From contig NC_043018.1 of NCBI RefSeq assembly GCF_006345805.1, forward strand, positions 8,370,001 to 8,434,000: a DNA stretch of 64,000 bases. The letters run 5' to 3'. The notes beneath the pieces are model-generated. The model had not been told where the DNA came from, ran no database searches, and saw nothing but the letters and a program-made list of their open reading frames with translations. A program made the position numbers and the translations under genes. Source of the stretch: Octopus sinensis. Taxonomy: Eukaryota. This document shows, piece after piece, positions 23,907-36,592 of the stretch (positions are counted from its first letter, which is position 1; each line of letters opens with the position of its first letter).

Positions 23907-25235
23907 GACTGACTTTTACTGGCCACAATGGGGAAAACTTTTATACGTTTATCCCAAAAGTTTATTAAGTCTCTCCAATAAATTTCCCAAATGTGTGGTT
24001 TTGGGTGGTTTTTAATCAGCAGGGCTGATAGAAGAGGAGAAAGGAAAAAATGAGAGATGGAGAAGAACAGTGCCTTCCTCCAAATTGCTAAAGAATCGCT
24101 AGTTCTCAGTGGCAAGTGTCTCTCAAAAATTATTTACAAATTTAGAATTCACTAGAATTCAAAAAGTCATCTAATAGCTAGTTGCCTTGTTGTTGTTGTT
24201 GTTATTTAAGCACTCAACCACCCCCAAGGCAGTCCTGATTGAGCAAACTTACTGTAGAGTAAAAAGCAATTCCAGCTATGACCATCCTTCCTTTTTGCAT
24301 CTATAGGTCTACATTATCCGATAACGTGTCCTTCTCCAATTTTAAAATGGTTGGGTGTAAATTGAGGTAGGTTTTGCTGTTATTTCTAGCAGATCAAACG
24401 ACCGTGTAAGGGATCATTTGCTCACACAGTCTACATACGATAGCAATCTGCACTGGCAATAGTAAATACAGAAAATAAAATTTAAAAAATAAATCTGGTT
24501 ATATTTTATGCAGCCTTGAGAAGGAAAACTAAATTCACACATCAAAGAATTTTTCACCGGTTCCTTATGTTAATGGAAGATCTCTACTTTTTCCTCATAT
24601 TTCATTGAAGACAACTTATTTATTACTATTTTTTTTTCTGTTTTTTTTTTACATTCTATTTACATAATTAAGAAGATTCTCTTAATTTCCATGTACACAT
24701 GATTGGTTTATGCAATAAAAATTAAAATTTTGGAGGAGAGAAAGAAAAAAATAGAAAAGGAAAGAAAGTAAAAAGAAAAAAAATTATATAACCTCAAACC
24801 AGCAACAAAAAGATATAAATATATAAGACCAAAAATAGTCTAGTTTTTCTAATTCTATAAAGTTTACCATAGGATTCTATAAGAATATACTATAAAAGGT
24901 TATTATAAGAATCTATTGGCTTTGCGTTCAATTATTATCTACATAGAATAATTGAACGGTAACTTCTAAAATAAACAAGATTATTTTTGCAAATAAACAA
25001 AAAAAAGAGATTGTTTTTTTATCTTCTTCTTCCCCAAACTTTTCTTTCTTTTAACAATGTTTTTAATTTGTGTTGATGTTGTTGATAGAATTTGGTTTTT
25101 TCCATTCCTTTCTGTTTGTTTTCTTTTTTTTTTTTTTTCTGTCTGACGGTTTTGAAAAAAAAGGAAAAAAGAAAAAAAACGATTTTTAAAAAATTTTTCT
25201 TCTTTCTCTTTTTATTTCACATATATATTTTTTTC

Positions 25236-25382
25236 TTATGTCTGCACAGCAATTGGAATACAATTACCACCAACTTGGGGCGACACCTTCTTGTCGTGGA
25301 TATTTGTCTTCCTATGGGTTGTGACAGCAGCGACAATAGCTGCACCTTTACCGCTTCCATCATGAGAAAGAACCAGTTTAAA
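25236..25382 (-). CDS. HK: Hexokinase, last coding exon
   Basis: Acceptor ttttcag; FKLVLSHDGSGKGAAIVAAV...IPIAVQT, stop TAA 25238-25236. Confidence 0.9.
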   Translation of the reverse strand, partial: FKLVLSHDGSGKGAAIVAAVTTHRKTNIHDKKVSPQVGGNCIPIAVQT

Positions 25383-25499
25383 CTGAAAATAGAATTATTA
25401 CAACATCGTCAGAGAACAACAATCACGACAACAACAACAATCAAAGGAGATTTCATCTCTTGATGGTAATATTGATGCAACCAAGAGAATACCCTCCAT

Positions 25500-25966
25500 C
25501 AGGCATTTGCCATATTCTGAACGCCTTAATTCCCTGGGCATGGACACACTGAAACTCCGACGTCTGGCAGCTGACTTGGCAGACACCCATAAAATTATTA
25601 ACCATCTTACAAACAATAATTCTCAGCACCTTTTCAAACTCCACCCGTCTAACACCCGTGGACATATTTACAAAGTCAGAAAACAGCACAGCTCCCATGA
25701 CTTTAGGAAACATTTTTTCATGCTAAGAGTTGCTGAAGCATAGAACAAACTGCCGGCATCAGTTGTTAGTTGTCGGAGCACTGCATCCTTCAAAACTTCC
25801 ATGCTTCCTGAGATTCGCCAACACTACACCTGATTTTCTCCCCTCCATATACACGCAAGCATACACTGTTCTGACTCATACACTGTTCACTTCCCAGACA
25901 TTTGTACATTACTGCATATGCTTTATATGCACTTTCTGACAAGTTGTGGTGCACCTGAGCACTGTA
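25500..25966 (+). mobile_element. CR1/Jockey-group LINE 3' end
   Basis: LPYSERLNSLGMDTLKLRRLAADL...TRGHIYKV..FRKHFF.LRVAEA(W)NKLP. Other copies at about 29695-30045, 62061-62500, 26320-26415 and minus 51305-52090. Confidence 0.9.
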
Positions 25967-26461
25967 TATTTCATTATATATTATATATATATATATATAT
26001 ACTTACATACAAATCTATGATAAATTTATTTATTTATGTTGGAGATTGTAAACATAAACACATGGATATGCAAGTGTGTTACATTAATTTCCCACTCATT
26101 TAATTGGTTTAGATCAATTGTTAAAGGAGTTCAATGAAGAATGTATGGAATCTACTTTGCATTAGGGAGACAAACTGGAGCAGACACCTTGCTGAGTGAC
26201 ACAATACAATGGATGTAGGAAGATTTCAATTCATTTTTATCAATTACATTTCCTCTCTCTCTCTCTCAACCATCAGGCATCTGGAGATTCTGTGGTATCA
26301 ACATATACAACATTGTAACATACACTGTTCACTTCCCAGACATTACTGCATATGCTTTATATGCACTTTGGACAAGTTGTGATGCACCTGAGCACTGTAT
26401 ACAATATTATCATTATCATTTTGTTTTGAGAGTGGGAAGAATGAAAGCCATCAAATCTTAC

Positions 26462-26598
26462 CTTATAACTTGGGTCAACGAGTTCTTGGATCTTCAAAGA
26501 CATTAAATTGTGGAAGCGTGGATGAAATCTGTACAGGGAACCATCAATGGCAACAGTTACTTCAGGTCGTTTCAAAGAATTGATTAAAGTTGAAATAC
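26462..26598 (-). CDS. HK: Hexokinase exon
   Basis: GISTLINSLKRPEVTVAIDGSLYRFHPRFHNLM..VDPSYK; AG/GT boundaries, 137 nt. Confidence 0.92.
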
Positions 26599-27648
26599 CT
26601 AAGAAAAGAATGAAGACGTTTTTTATAAGTTATTAACCCATTAACAATGGGGCAACAGGTTTTACATTTAAACTATTAATATTAACACAGGTGTGGGCAT
26701 GGTTCTGGTGCTAAGAATTTTGCTTTGCAACCAAGTGTTTTCGGGTTCAGTCCCACCCTGCAACACCTTGTGCAAGTGTCTTTTACAATAGAGCTGGGTC
26801 AAACAAAGTCTCATGAGTGAGTGTTGTTGTTGGCTTGAAGCATTGTGTATTGTTTGTAAAGAATAAAATGTTTTGATTGGTACAACAATGCACTATGATA
26901 CAGACAATGGGCTAATATTAAGGCACCATTCGAGCATGATCGTTACCAGCTTCGCCTTACTGGCACTCGAGCCCCGTGCTAGTAGGGTATTAAGAGAACC
27001 ATCTGAGCGTGATTGTTGCCAGAGCAGCTATCTGGCCTCCGTGCTGGTGGCGCATAAAAGACACCATTCAAGCGTGATCGTTACCAGCATTGCCTTACTG
27101 GCACCTGTGCCGGTGGCATGTGTAAAAGATTCGAGCGAGGTTGTTGCCAGTACCACCTGACTGGCCCCGTGCCGGTGGAATGTAAAAGCACCCACTACAC
27201 TCTCGGAGTGGTTGGCTTTAGGAAAGGCATCCAGCTGTAGAAACTCTGCCAGATCAAGATTGAAGCCTGGTGCAGCCATCTAACCCATGCTAGCATGGAA
27301 AGCAGATGTTAAACGATGATGATGATATATATATATATATATTCTCAGAATGGTTTGTGTTAGGAAGGACATCCAGCCATAGAAACCATGCCAAATCAGA
27401 CTGGAGTATGGTGCAGCCCCTCAGCTCACCAGCCCTGGTCAAACTGTCCAACCCATGCCAGCATGGTCAACGGATATAAAATGATGAGGATGATAATTAT
27501 ATATGTGTGTATGTTTGTGTACACTTGTGTGTCTTTGTGCCTGTTTTTTGTCTCCTTCACTCATCTGCTTGACAACCAATGTCGGTTTGTTTATGTCATC
27601 TGTAACTTAACAGTTCAGCAAAAGAGACCAATAGAGTAAGTGCCAGGT

Positions 27649-27876
27649 TTAACCCTTTTGTTACTAACCTGGCCAAAACCGGCTCTGGCTCAGTGGTCAA
27701 ATGTTTTGTTTTCATAAGCTTTGAATTAAAATCTTCCACCAAGCCTTAGTCACAATTTAAGTTCCTAACACTAACTTAATGATAACGATGTTATTTTACT
27801 AATTTCTTTGTTATGTTTAACATAATTGAAAGAAACACAGAACATCTCAAAATAAATACAGTAACAAAAGGGTTAA
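27649..27876. mobile_element. piggyBac-like MITE
   Basis: TTAA-CCCTTTTGTTACT ... AGTAACAAAAGGG-TTAA; inserted into a SINE A. Confidence 0.8.
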
Positions 27877-28194
27877 AGACTAATAAGTACTGGGGATGAT
27901 TTGCTTGACTAAATAAACCCTTCAAGGCAGTGCCCCAGCATAGCCACAGCCCAATGACTGAAACTAGTAAAAAGATAAAAGGCATGTGGTGGTAGTGGTG
28001 GTGGTGGTGGTGGTGGTGGTACCCTGCTCATGATGTGGGTTTATCTTTTACTCACCTGTTTAATTCTACAGAAATCAGGAGCTGATGTACTTCTACCACC
28101 ACCACCACCATCTCCACTGCTGCTGCCACTACCATGCCATCCCAAAGAAAGAAAAAAAGAAAACCTCTTCTGGAAATCCACAAATGTTACATAC

Positions 28195-28334
28195 CGGCAG
28201 ATGCAAGGAACGCAGCACGAGCTGATATCAAGGCACACACATATTTCACAATCTTGCAGTCTTCCAAAGTATATGTTTCAACACCGAGTTCTTCAAGAAT
28301 TTGTTTTGTGTTTTCAAAAAATTCTCCATTATCT
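28195..28334 (-). CDS. HK: Hexokinase exon
   Basis: RDNGEFLKTKQILEELGVETYTLEDCKIVKYVCALISARAAFLASA; 140 nt, phases 2/1 match the neighbouring exons. Confidence 0.9.
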
Positions 28335-28710
28335 CTGCAAAAGACAAAGAAATTGACAAATTTAGAGAAATGAAAATCCTTCTTTCATACCTTAAACCAT
28401 TATCTCCCAGCATAAAAAGCTCCTCTTTCCTTTAGGTTTCCAAGTCTTGTGAGCTGCAGGGCATGAAAAAGCACCCAGTACATGTTGTGAAGTAGTTTAC
28501 ATAAGGAAGGACACCCAGTTGTAGAAACCATGCCAAAGCTAACACTAGAATACGATGCAGTCCATGGATCCATCAGATCTTGTCAAACTGTCCAACCCAT
28601 GACAGCATGGAATATGGAAGTTAAATGATGAGGTTTGTTGAAATTACACTAATTTTCTTTCAATTAATTTTTTAAATAATAAAGAATTTAGTAAAATAGC
28701 TTCATCATTA

Positions 28711-28939
28711 TTAACCCTTTCGTTACTGTATTTATTTTGAGATGCTCTGTGTTTCTTTCAATTATTTTAAATATAACAAAGAATTTAGTAAAATAACTTA
28801 GTTATCATTCAGCTAGTGTTAGGAACATAAATTGCAACTAAGGTTTGGTGGTATATTTTAATGCAAAACTTATGAAAACAAGACATTTGTACTACAGAGC
28901 CAGAGCTGGTTTTGGCTGGGCTGGTAACGAAAGGGTTAA
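28711..28939. mobile_element. piggyBac-like MITE, inverted relative to the 27649 copy, nested in an older related copy
   Basis: TTAA-CCCTTTCGTTAC ... GTAACGAAAGGG-TTAA. Confidence 0.8.
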
Positions 28940-31900
28940 GCTAATGTTTCGAACATAAATTAACAAGAACTTTTACTGGAAAGTTTAAATTTAGATCACT
29001 TTAAACCAGGAAGCTTCTGTCACAAACCCAAGAGTGATCTCAAGCGGGTTTATCTTGATTGTATTTCTAAAAAATATTCACTATACAAGAGCTTCAATTA
29101 GTTTTGAAAATAATAAATTCAGATATATTTTATTAAATTACTAAGCAAGTGTTTTGAAGTAGAAATTTTAAAATCTTTACAAAGAGAGAGAGAGTAAAAA
29201 AACATGTATATTCTGTGCATCTTCTTCGTTGCCTTTCAATTAAAATTGAAACTTCTAACAATGCCATGATTAAATTAGAAGTGGTTATCTCCCTTACATA
29301 ATCAGCCGCCAGGGCAGAGCAAGTGTTTAATAAAATGTCTCTTACATTATAAATAGAAGGTTTAAATCTGAGTTTTGTGTATGTCTCACGAAGCATACAC
29401 ATACAGGTTCAATTCCTAAACCAAGTAGTGCATTGTGTTTTTGGACAAAACATTTCATTTCGTGTTCATTTCACATTGTCCTGTTCAGAGGAAATATGGT
29501 CGCAGTCACTTATACATCATAGAAACCAGATAACTGGCCCCGTGAGTCCTAAGATAACTGGCCCCGTGGGTCCTAAGACTTGAGACGGGCGTGGTCAGGC
29601 ATTGATGATCATGATGTGACACAAGATGCAGCTCTTAGCATTTCAAACAGAAACTTTCTTTGGAGAGAGTAACTTAAAGGGATTAAGGGATAGCATTCAA
29701 ACTCCACCCGTCTAACACCCGTGGACATATTAACAAAGTCAGAAAACAGCACAGCTCCCATGACTTTCGGAAACATTTTTTCACGCTGAGAGTTGCTGAA
29801 GCATGGAACAAACTGCCGGCATCAGTTGTTAGTTGTCGGAGCACTGCATCCTTCAAAACTTCCATGCTTTCTGAGATTCGCCAACACTACACCTGATTTT
29901 CTCCCCTCCATACACATGCATGTATCTATCTGACTCATACACTGTTCACTTCCGAGGTATTTGTACATTACTGCATACACTTTATACGCACTTTTTGACA
30001 AGTTGTGGTGCACCTGAGCACTGTATACAATAATTTCATTATTATACATTTTAAGAATTTGAGGGAGAATAGAAAAATACTAAAGGACAGACAGGTAACC
30101 AAGCCTAAAAAGCTGTTGTTTGGCCCCAAGTTTGCCCCTGATCCAACAGAACTATTTTCATAGTTATTGCTGCAGTGTCCTTCAAGCATAGCATATCTAT
30201 CTTGAACTACATTACCCAATGTGATATGAGGAAAATTTGACTGCTACTTCTAGCAGGTTGAACAACCACATAGAAACTTCCTTGATGCTTTGAGGCATAT
30301 AAAAAAAGGGTTGTTGTCTTGAACTCCAATTCAACCCTGATTGAACAGACCCATGATCAAGAACATTCCATCCATGCCCATTCCATTCATTTTTTCCTAT
30401 GTGCTGGTACCTAAGAATCACATTATATATATTCACTTTTAAATTTGTAGGGTATGAGTTGATGGATATTTGGCTGCTATTTCTACCAAGTCAAGTGACC
30501 ATATACAGCAGTGAGCTAGAAGTATCGTTAGTGCATCAGACAAAATGTTTAGAAGCATCTCTTCTGGTTCATTACACACTGAGTTCAAATCCAGTCAAGG
30601 TCAACTTTACTTTTCAGCCCTTCAGGATTGATAAAATAAAGTACCAGTCATGCACTGGGATTAATGGAATCAACTTGTTGCCTTCCTTTAAAATTGATGG
30701 CCTTGAAACCTACAATGGACCAGTGTCCTGTTCAATGGGATTGTTGTGACCTCGGTCAGTTATATGCCATGTAAACTGGATAAACTGACCTTATGAGTCC
30801 TAGACCATCAACAGAGGCTCAAGGTGAAAAGGATGTTAGTATGAAGACAGTGGCCAGAACAATAAAGCATAGACAGGTAAAGGTAGGAGGCATGGCTTTC
30901 AGTTGAACCACACAAAACCTAAGGTGGCACACAACCCAGTAACAACACGTAATAAATAAGATAAGTATTATCTTTGATAAGATATGACCAAACTAATATC
31001 AGAATCTTATGATGTTTTAAGCAATTATTTAACACACTGCATCAGTCGTGCCATGACTAACCTAATTAACATTCTGTTAATTTATGAAAATGCTAAGAAC
31101 CATAGATAAGGTGTTTCAGATGATAACAGCAGTGGCCTTCATTAAGATATTCACAGCACCTAATAGAGAGGTTTTATATAAATGTATTTAACCTATCTGA
31201 ACAATGGACACTTTAGATAAGAATCACACAACTTCAGCCTTCACACACACACGTGTGTGTATTTTGTTTAGGCGTGAAATTCATAACATAACCATCGTTT
31301 CCCTTTATCATCTTATTTTCTGTTATCATTTAACATCCGCTTTCCATGCTAGCATGGGTTGGACGATTTTGACTGAGGGCTAGCGAACCAGATGGCTGCA
31401 CCAGGCTCCAATCTTGATCTGGCAGAGTTTCTACAGCCTGATGCCCTTCCTAATGCCAACCACTCCATGAGTGTAGTGGGTGCTTTTATGTGCCTCTGGC
31501 ACAGGGGCCAGTCAGGCGGTACTGGCAATGACCTTGCTCGAATCTTTTTACACATGCCACCAGCACAGGTGCCAGTAAGGCAATGTTGGTAACGATCACG
31601 CTCGAATGGTGCCCTTTTACGTGCCACGGCATGGGGGCCAGTCAGGCGGTACTGGCGATGACCTCGCTCGAATCTTTTTCCTTGCTCAAATCGTTATATA
31701 TATATGTGTGTATAAGTTGTAATGAACTACTATCCAACTGTTGTTATTTGTGTGTGCCAGTGCCGCTGGACTGGATCCCGTGGAAGTGACACATAAAAAG
31801 CACCATCTGAGCGTGGTCGTTGTCAGTACCGCCTGACTGGCCCTCGTGCCAGTGGCACGTAAAAGCACCCACTACACTCTCTGAATGATTGGCATTAGGA

Positions 31901-32033
31901 AGGGCATCCAGCTGTAGAAACTCTGCCAGATCAAGATTGGAACCTGGTGCAGCCATCTGGTTCGCCAGACCTCAGTCAAAATCGTCCAACCCATGCTAGC
32001 ATGGAAAGCGGACATTAAACGATGATGATGATG

Positions 32034-32081
<48 letters not shown>

Positions 32082-32255
32082 AGGTTTGGTGATGAAAACA
32101 GGAAACAATAGAACTCAAAATATGAGTGTATACCTATATATATATATATATATACATTTAAAATTAAATAAGGGTAGAAATTGATATTAATCAATTAAAA
32201 CCAGTGGCCTAGCATATTTAAAAAATCTGAAGATTAAAAATATTTTTTACAAGCA

Positions 32256-32383
32256 AAATTTAAAGGACTGACCACTAAAAGGGGACAGTCTATATGCTAG
32301 ATATAGACGTCAAAAAATAGTGATTTTGACGTCTATATCTAGCATATAGACTGTCCACTTTTAGTGGTCAGTCCTTTAAATTT
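32256..32383. repeat. Long inverted repeat: 60-bp arms, 8-nt loop, one mismatch
   Basis: aaatttaaaggactgaccactaaaaggggacagtctatatgctagatatagacgtcaaaa followed by its reverse complement. Confidence 0.95.
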
Positions 32384-32454
32384 ATATATACATTTATATA
32401 TAAAACTTTGATAAGTGCTAATGTACGAAACTCTGAGCCATTGAGTCATATTAA

Positions 32455-32536
32455 TTATATATATATATATAATATTAGGGAGAAAATCCAATCTTACAGG
32501 GAAAAATTAGATTTAGGATTAAATCTAATTTTATAG

Positions 32537-32578
<42 letters not shown>

Positions 32579-32660
32579 GGAGAAAATCCAATCTTACAGG
32601 GAAAAATTAGATTTAGGATTAAATCTAATTTTATAGTATAAATATATATATATATATATA
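32455..32660. repeat. Tandem duplication (~100 bp) between (TA)n tracts
   Basis: aatattagg(g)agaaaatccaatcttacagggaaaaattagatttaggattaaatctaattttatagtata occurs twice. Confidence 0.9.
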
Positions 32661-33175
32661 AAATTAGAGATAAAACCACTATTAGGCAAATCAAACTGTG
32701 AAAATCATAAACCAATACATAGAAATAAAATTAATTAATAAAAAATAAATAAAATATAAAATTCAAAATTTAAAATTTATATATATATATATAGTGAACT
32801 CACTCATCCCCTCACTCTCCCCCAATCCCCAGTCTACACTTCCCTCTATGCATCTTCCTGCTACATGGGTGCATGGTCTCAGCTCCTCACTCCTGTCACA
32901 CTTCACCATTTTCTCTCTCTCTCCACATGAGGCAGCCATGTTTCTCTTCTAATGTCCGACACCTTTTTTTTTATCCCTCAATATTTCTCCCCCAAAGTTG
33001 AAAGGTCTTGTGCTGCTGCTGGTTCCACATGAAAAAAAACCCCAAAAAAGACCTCAGTACATTCTGTAAAGTGGTTAGCATTTGGTTGGCTCTCCAGCTG
33101 AAGAAGCCCTCCCAAAAGCAGAGAGCAGAGCTTGGTGCAGTCTTGTGGCACAGAATGTGATAATGCTGGCTCTTT

Positions 33176-33348
33176 TGAAATACAGGTACAACTCATTTGA
33201 GATACAGGTACAAGTCATTTGAGATACAGGTACAAGTCATTTGAGATACAGGTACAAGTCATTTGAGACACAGGTACAAGTCATTTGAGATACAGGTACA
33301 AGTCATTTGAGATACAGGTACAAGTCATTTGAGATACAGGTACAACTC
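33176..33348. repeat. 22-bp minisatellite, ~8 copies
   Basis: Unit gagatacaggtacaagtcattt. Confidence 0.95.
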
Positions 33349-33508
33349 CTGTTTGGCAGTTGGGTGAACATGAAATAAAATGTCTTACTCAAGAACTCAA
33401 TATGCTACCAAATATTGAACTCGCAACCTTATAACTGTGAGCTGTACACCTTAACCACTAGGCCATGCACCTTCACAATAACAAAACAATGTAAAAATAC
33501 ACACAAAC

Positions 33509-33667
33509 CTTTCAATTTCAGATAGATATTTGGTGTAGAACTTTCCACGGTTGAATAAATCACAATCATGATCAATGCCACGGAAGATAAGTTTTTCAGA
33601 GCTCAATCTTTCTAGTGTCAGCCGTACAATTTCACCAAGGTACATTCCACCTATCATTTTTTCAACC
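33509..33667 (-). CDS. HK: Hexokinase exon
   Basis: VEKMIGGMYLGEIVRLTL...FYTKYLSEIE; 159 nt, AG/GT boundaries. Confidence 0.92.
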
Positions 33668-36479
33668 CTGTAAGTGAAGAAGATTATGATAATAAAGACA
33701 ATAATAACAGGTTAAATAAGCCTAAAGGCCACATGTACATGGATCATCAAACAAATATTACAACTTACTAGAGACTCATACATACCATAAATCCTCGAGT
33801 ATAATACGCAGGGGATTTTTAGGGAGCTGTACCTCTGGAAAACCTAAACCTTGTGCATAATACGCACCCCTTCTCTAACTTGAGTCAAGAAGGTCTATAT
33901 AACATCCTTGGTTTGTAAAAATGTATATGGTAACATCCTTTATTATTATTGTATATATAACATAATGCAAACGTGTAGCTTTTTTGTGCATTTTGTTTGC
34001 AGAAAATAAAGAAATAACAGTAATAACGTTTAATAAATGTTGCTCACTGCAAGTTATGGATGATTCTTTTATGACTTCATTGCTTTCAGGCTTAGATTCA
34101 GGTATTTAATCTATATTTTTGTTATTTTTCATTTGTCCTGCTCGCTTACGTTCTTAGTGTGCTAAATTTTCTCTTGAGAACAATTCTTAGTGGTTGTGAC
34201 CCTTGTGGATCTATCTCTAGCGTAAGAGCGTCCACATAGTGGATTCTCTCTCATATTTGTGTATTAATAATATTTACTTGAATCTCAGTCTTTTATGCGC
34301 TAGACCACTGGTGTTAAATTGGTGTTATTAAATTAAGATCCAATTTTTTCACCCTCAGTTTGACTTTGATTATTTATATATATGTATGTATATATCGAAG
34401 AATTACTTGTCAGGCAAATGATTTCATCTGAGACTGTGTGTTGTGTTGATACTAAAACAATTTTAGTATGGAAGATACATACTAGCCATTCCTAAATGCA
34501 AACATTTCTTTAAAATTTATTATTTGGTGACAAACCTTTTCTTCCACCAATTTTCATTTCTTTATTGCCCACAAGGGGCTAAACATAGAGGGGACAAACA
34601 AGGACAGACAAAGGGATTAAGTCGATTACATTGACCCCAGTATGTAACTGGTACTTAATTTATCGACCCCAAAAGGATGAAAGGCAAAGTCAACTTTGGT
34701 GGAATTTGAATTCAGAACATAATGGCAGACGAAATACCTATTTCTTTACTACCCACAAGGGGCTAAACACAAAGAAGACAAACAAGGACAGACAAATGGA
34801 TTAAGTAGATTATATCAACCCCAGTGCATAACTGGTACTTATTTAATCAACCCCGAAAGGATGAAAGGCAAAGTCGACCTCGGTGGAATTTGAACTCAGA
34901 AAGTAACGGCAGACGAAATACCGCTAAGCATTTCGCCCAGCGTGTTAACAATTCTGCCAGCTCGCCGCCTTATTTCTTATTTCTTCCACCAATTCTGTTG
35001 TAGTGGAACAACATCAGTGACCAGGTCACAGTTGGTACAATGAAAATTTTAATACTAAATTTTAACATCAAGTGTTTAAATGCAGTTAACGGTCCTTGTG
35101 TGTTTTTCAATAACTATATGCAGCATGAAGCTTTGTCAGTGAACAGGTCGCGGTCTCAAAGCGCCGAAAATATTTTGACAAATTAAATTTAAATGTGGCG
35201 GTTGCCAGCGCCGCCCCGACTGGCCTCCGTGCCGGTGGCACGTAAAAAGCACCATCCGTTCGTGGCCGTTGCCAGCCTCGCCTGGCCCCTGTGCCGGTGG
35301 CACGTACAAAGCACCATCCGATTGTGGCCGTTGCCAGGCTCACCTGGCCCCCGTGCCGGTGGCACATAAAAAGCACCATCCGTCCATGGCCGTTTGCCAG
35401 CTCCATCTGGCACCTGTGCGGGTAGCATGTAAAAAGCACCCACTACACTCATGGAGTGGTTGGCGTTAGGAAGGGCATCCAGCTGTAGAAACACTGCCAG
35501 ATCAGACTGGGCCTGATGCAGCCTTCTGGCTTCACAGACCCCAGTTGAGCTGTCCAACCCATGCTAGCATGGAAAGCGGACGGTAAATGATGATGATGAT
35601 GTTGAAGTGAATCTAACAGTTTTTGTGTGTTTCTTAAATGGCTTATAAACACCTTCCACGCTACAATTGTTTTCATTCCAGCACACGATCTCAGATCGGG
35701 TCACTTGCTATGTAAGTACATCTCCGTAATATATGCTTTCCATGCTATAATTGTTACATACACACACACACACACACACACACATGCACGTATTTAACAG
35801 TAGTGTTCATCTTCTGGTTGCAAATATTTTATTTTGACCAAGTTGGATCAAATCATCTTCAGCCTGAGAAAAAAAATCTCAATATCCTGCCATACTGCTT
35901 CTTCCTATTACGGTCAGCCAAGAATAATCATGGCTTCTCTCTTCTCTCCCTCCACACATCACTTACCGAAGCCCCACAAAATTGATGGAGATGATCTATC
36001 TCTGTGACACACATACACATAGTAATACACAAATGCACCGCTACAGACACACAGAGCAATACATACAGACGTTCATAACACATACACACACACAGAGCAA
36101 CACATAAACACACTCACGGAACAACAAACAGATACACACAGCCATAAAAAATGGTGTGTGTGTGTGTGGACACATACAAACACACACATATATTTCTTTA
36201 TTGTCCACAAGGGGCTAAACATAGAGGGGACAAACAAGGACAGACAAACGGATTAAGTCGATTATATCGACCCCAGTGTGTAACTGGTACTTATTTAATC
36301 GACCCCGAAAGGATGAAAGGCAAAGTTGACCTTGGCGGAATTTGAACTCACAACGTAACGGCAGACAAAATACCACTAAGCATTTCGCCCGACGTGCTAA
36401 CGTTTCTGCCAGCTCACTGCCTAAACACACACATATATTTATACATATACATATACACATATCTATAGATGAAACTCAC

Positions 36480-36592
36480 AGTTGTTTTCCTGGGTTGATA
36501 GAGTATGTATCCAACTCTCTGTCGTATTCTGTACGGACAATATCCAAACAGCCGTTGTCACCAAATGCACCCCATTCTGTATTGATGATCAC
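36480..36592 (-). CDS. HK: Hexokinase exon
   Basis: [37 protein letters not shown]; 113 nt. Confidence 0.93.

Noticed and set aside
33176-33348. Regular 22-bp array as CRISPR or coding repeat
   Set aside because: Plain head-to-tail minisatellite inside an intronic repeat.
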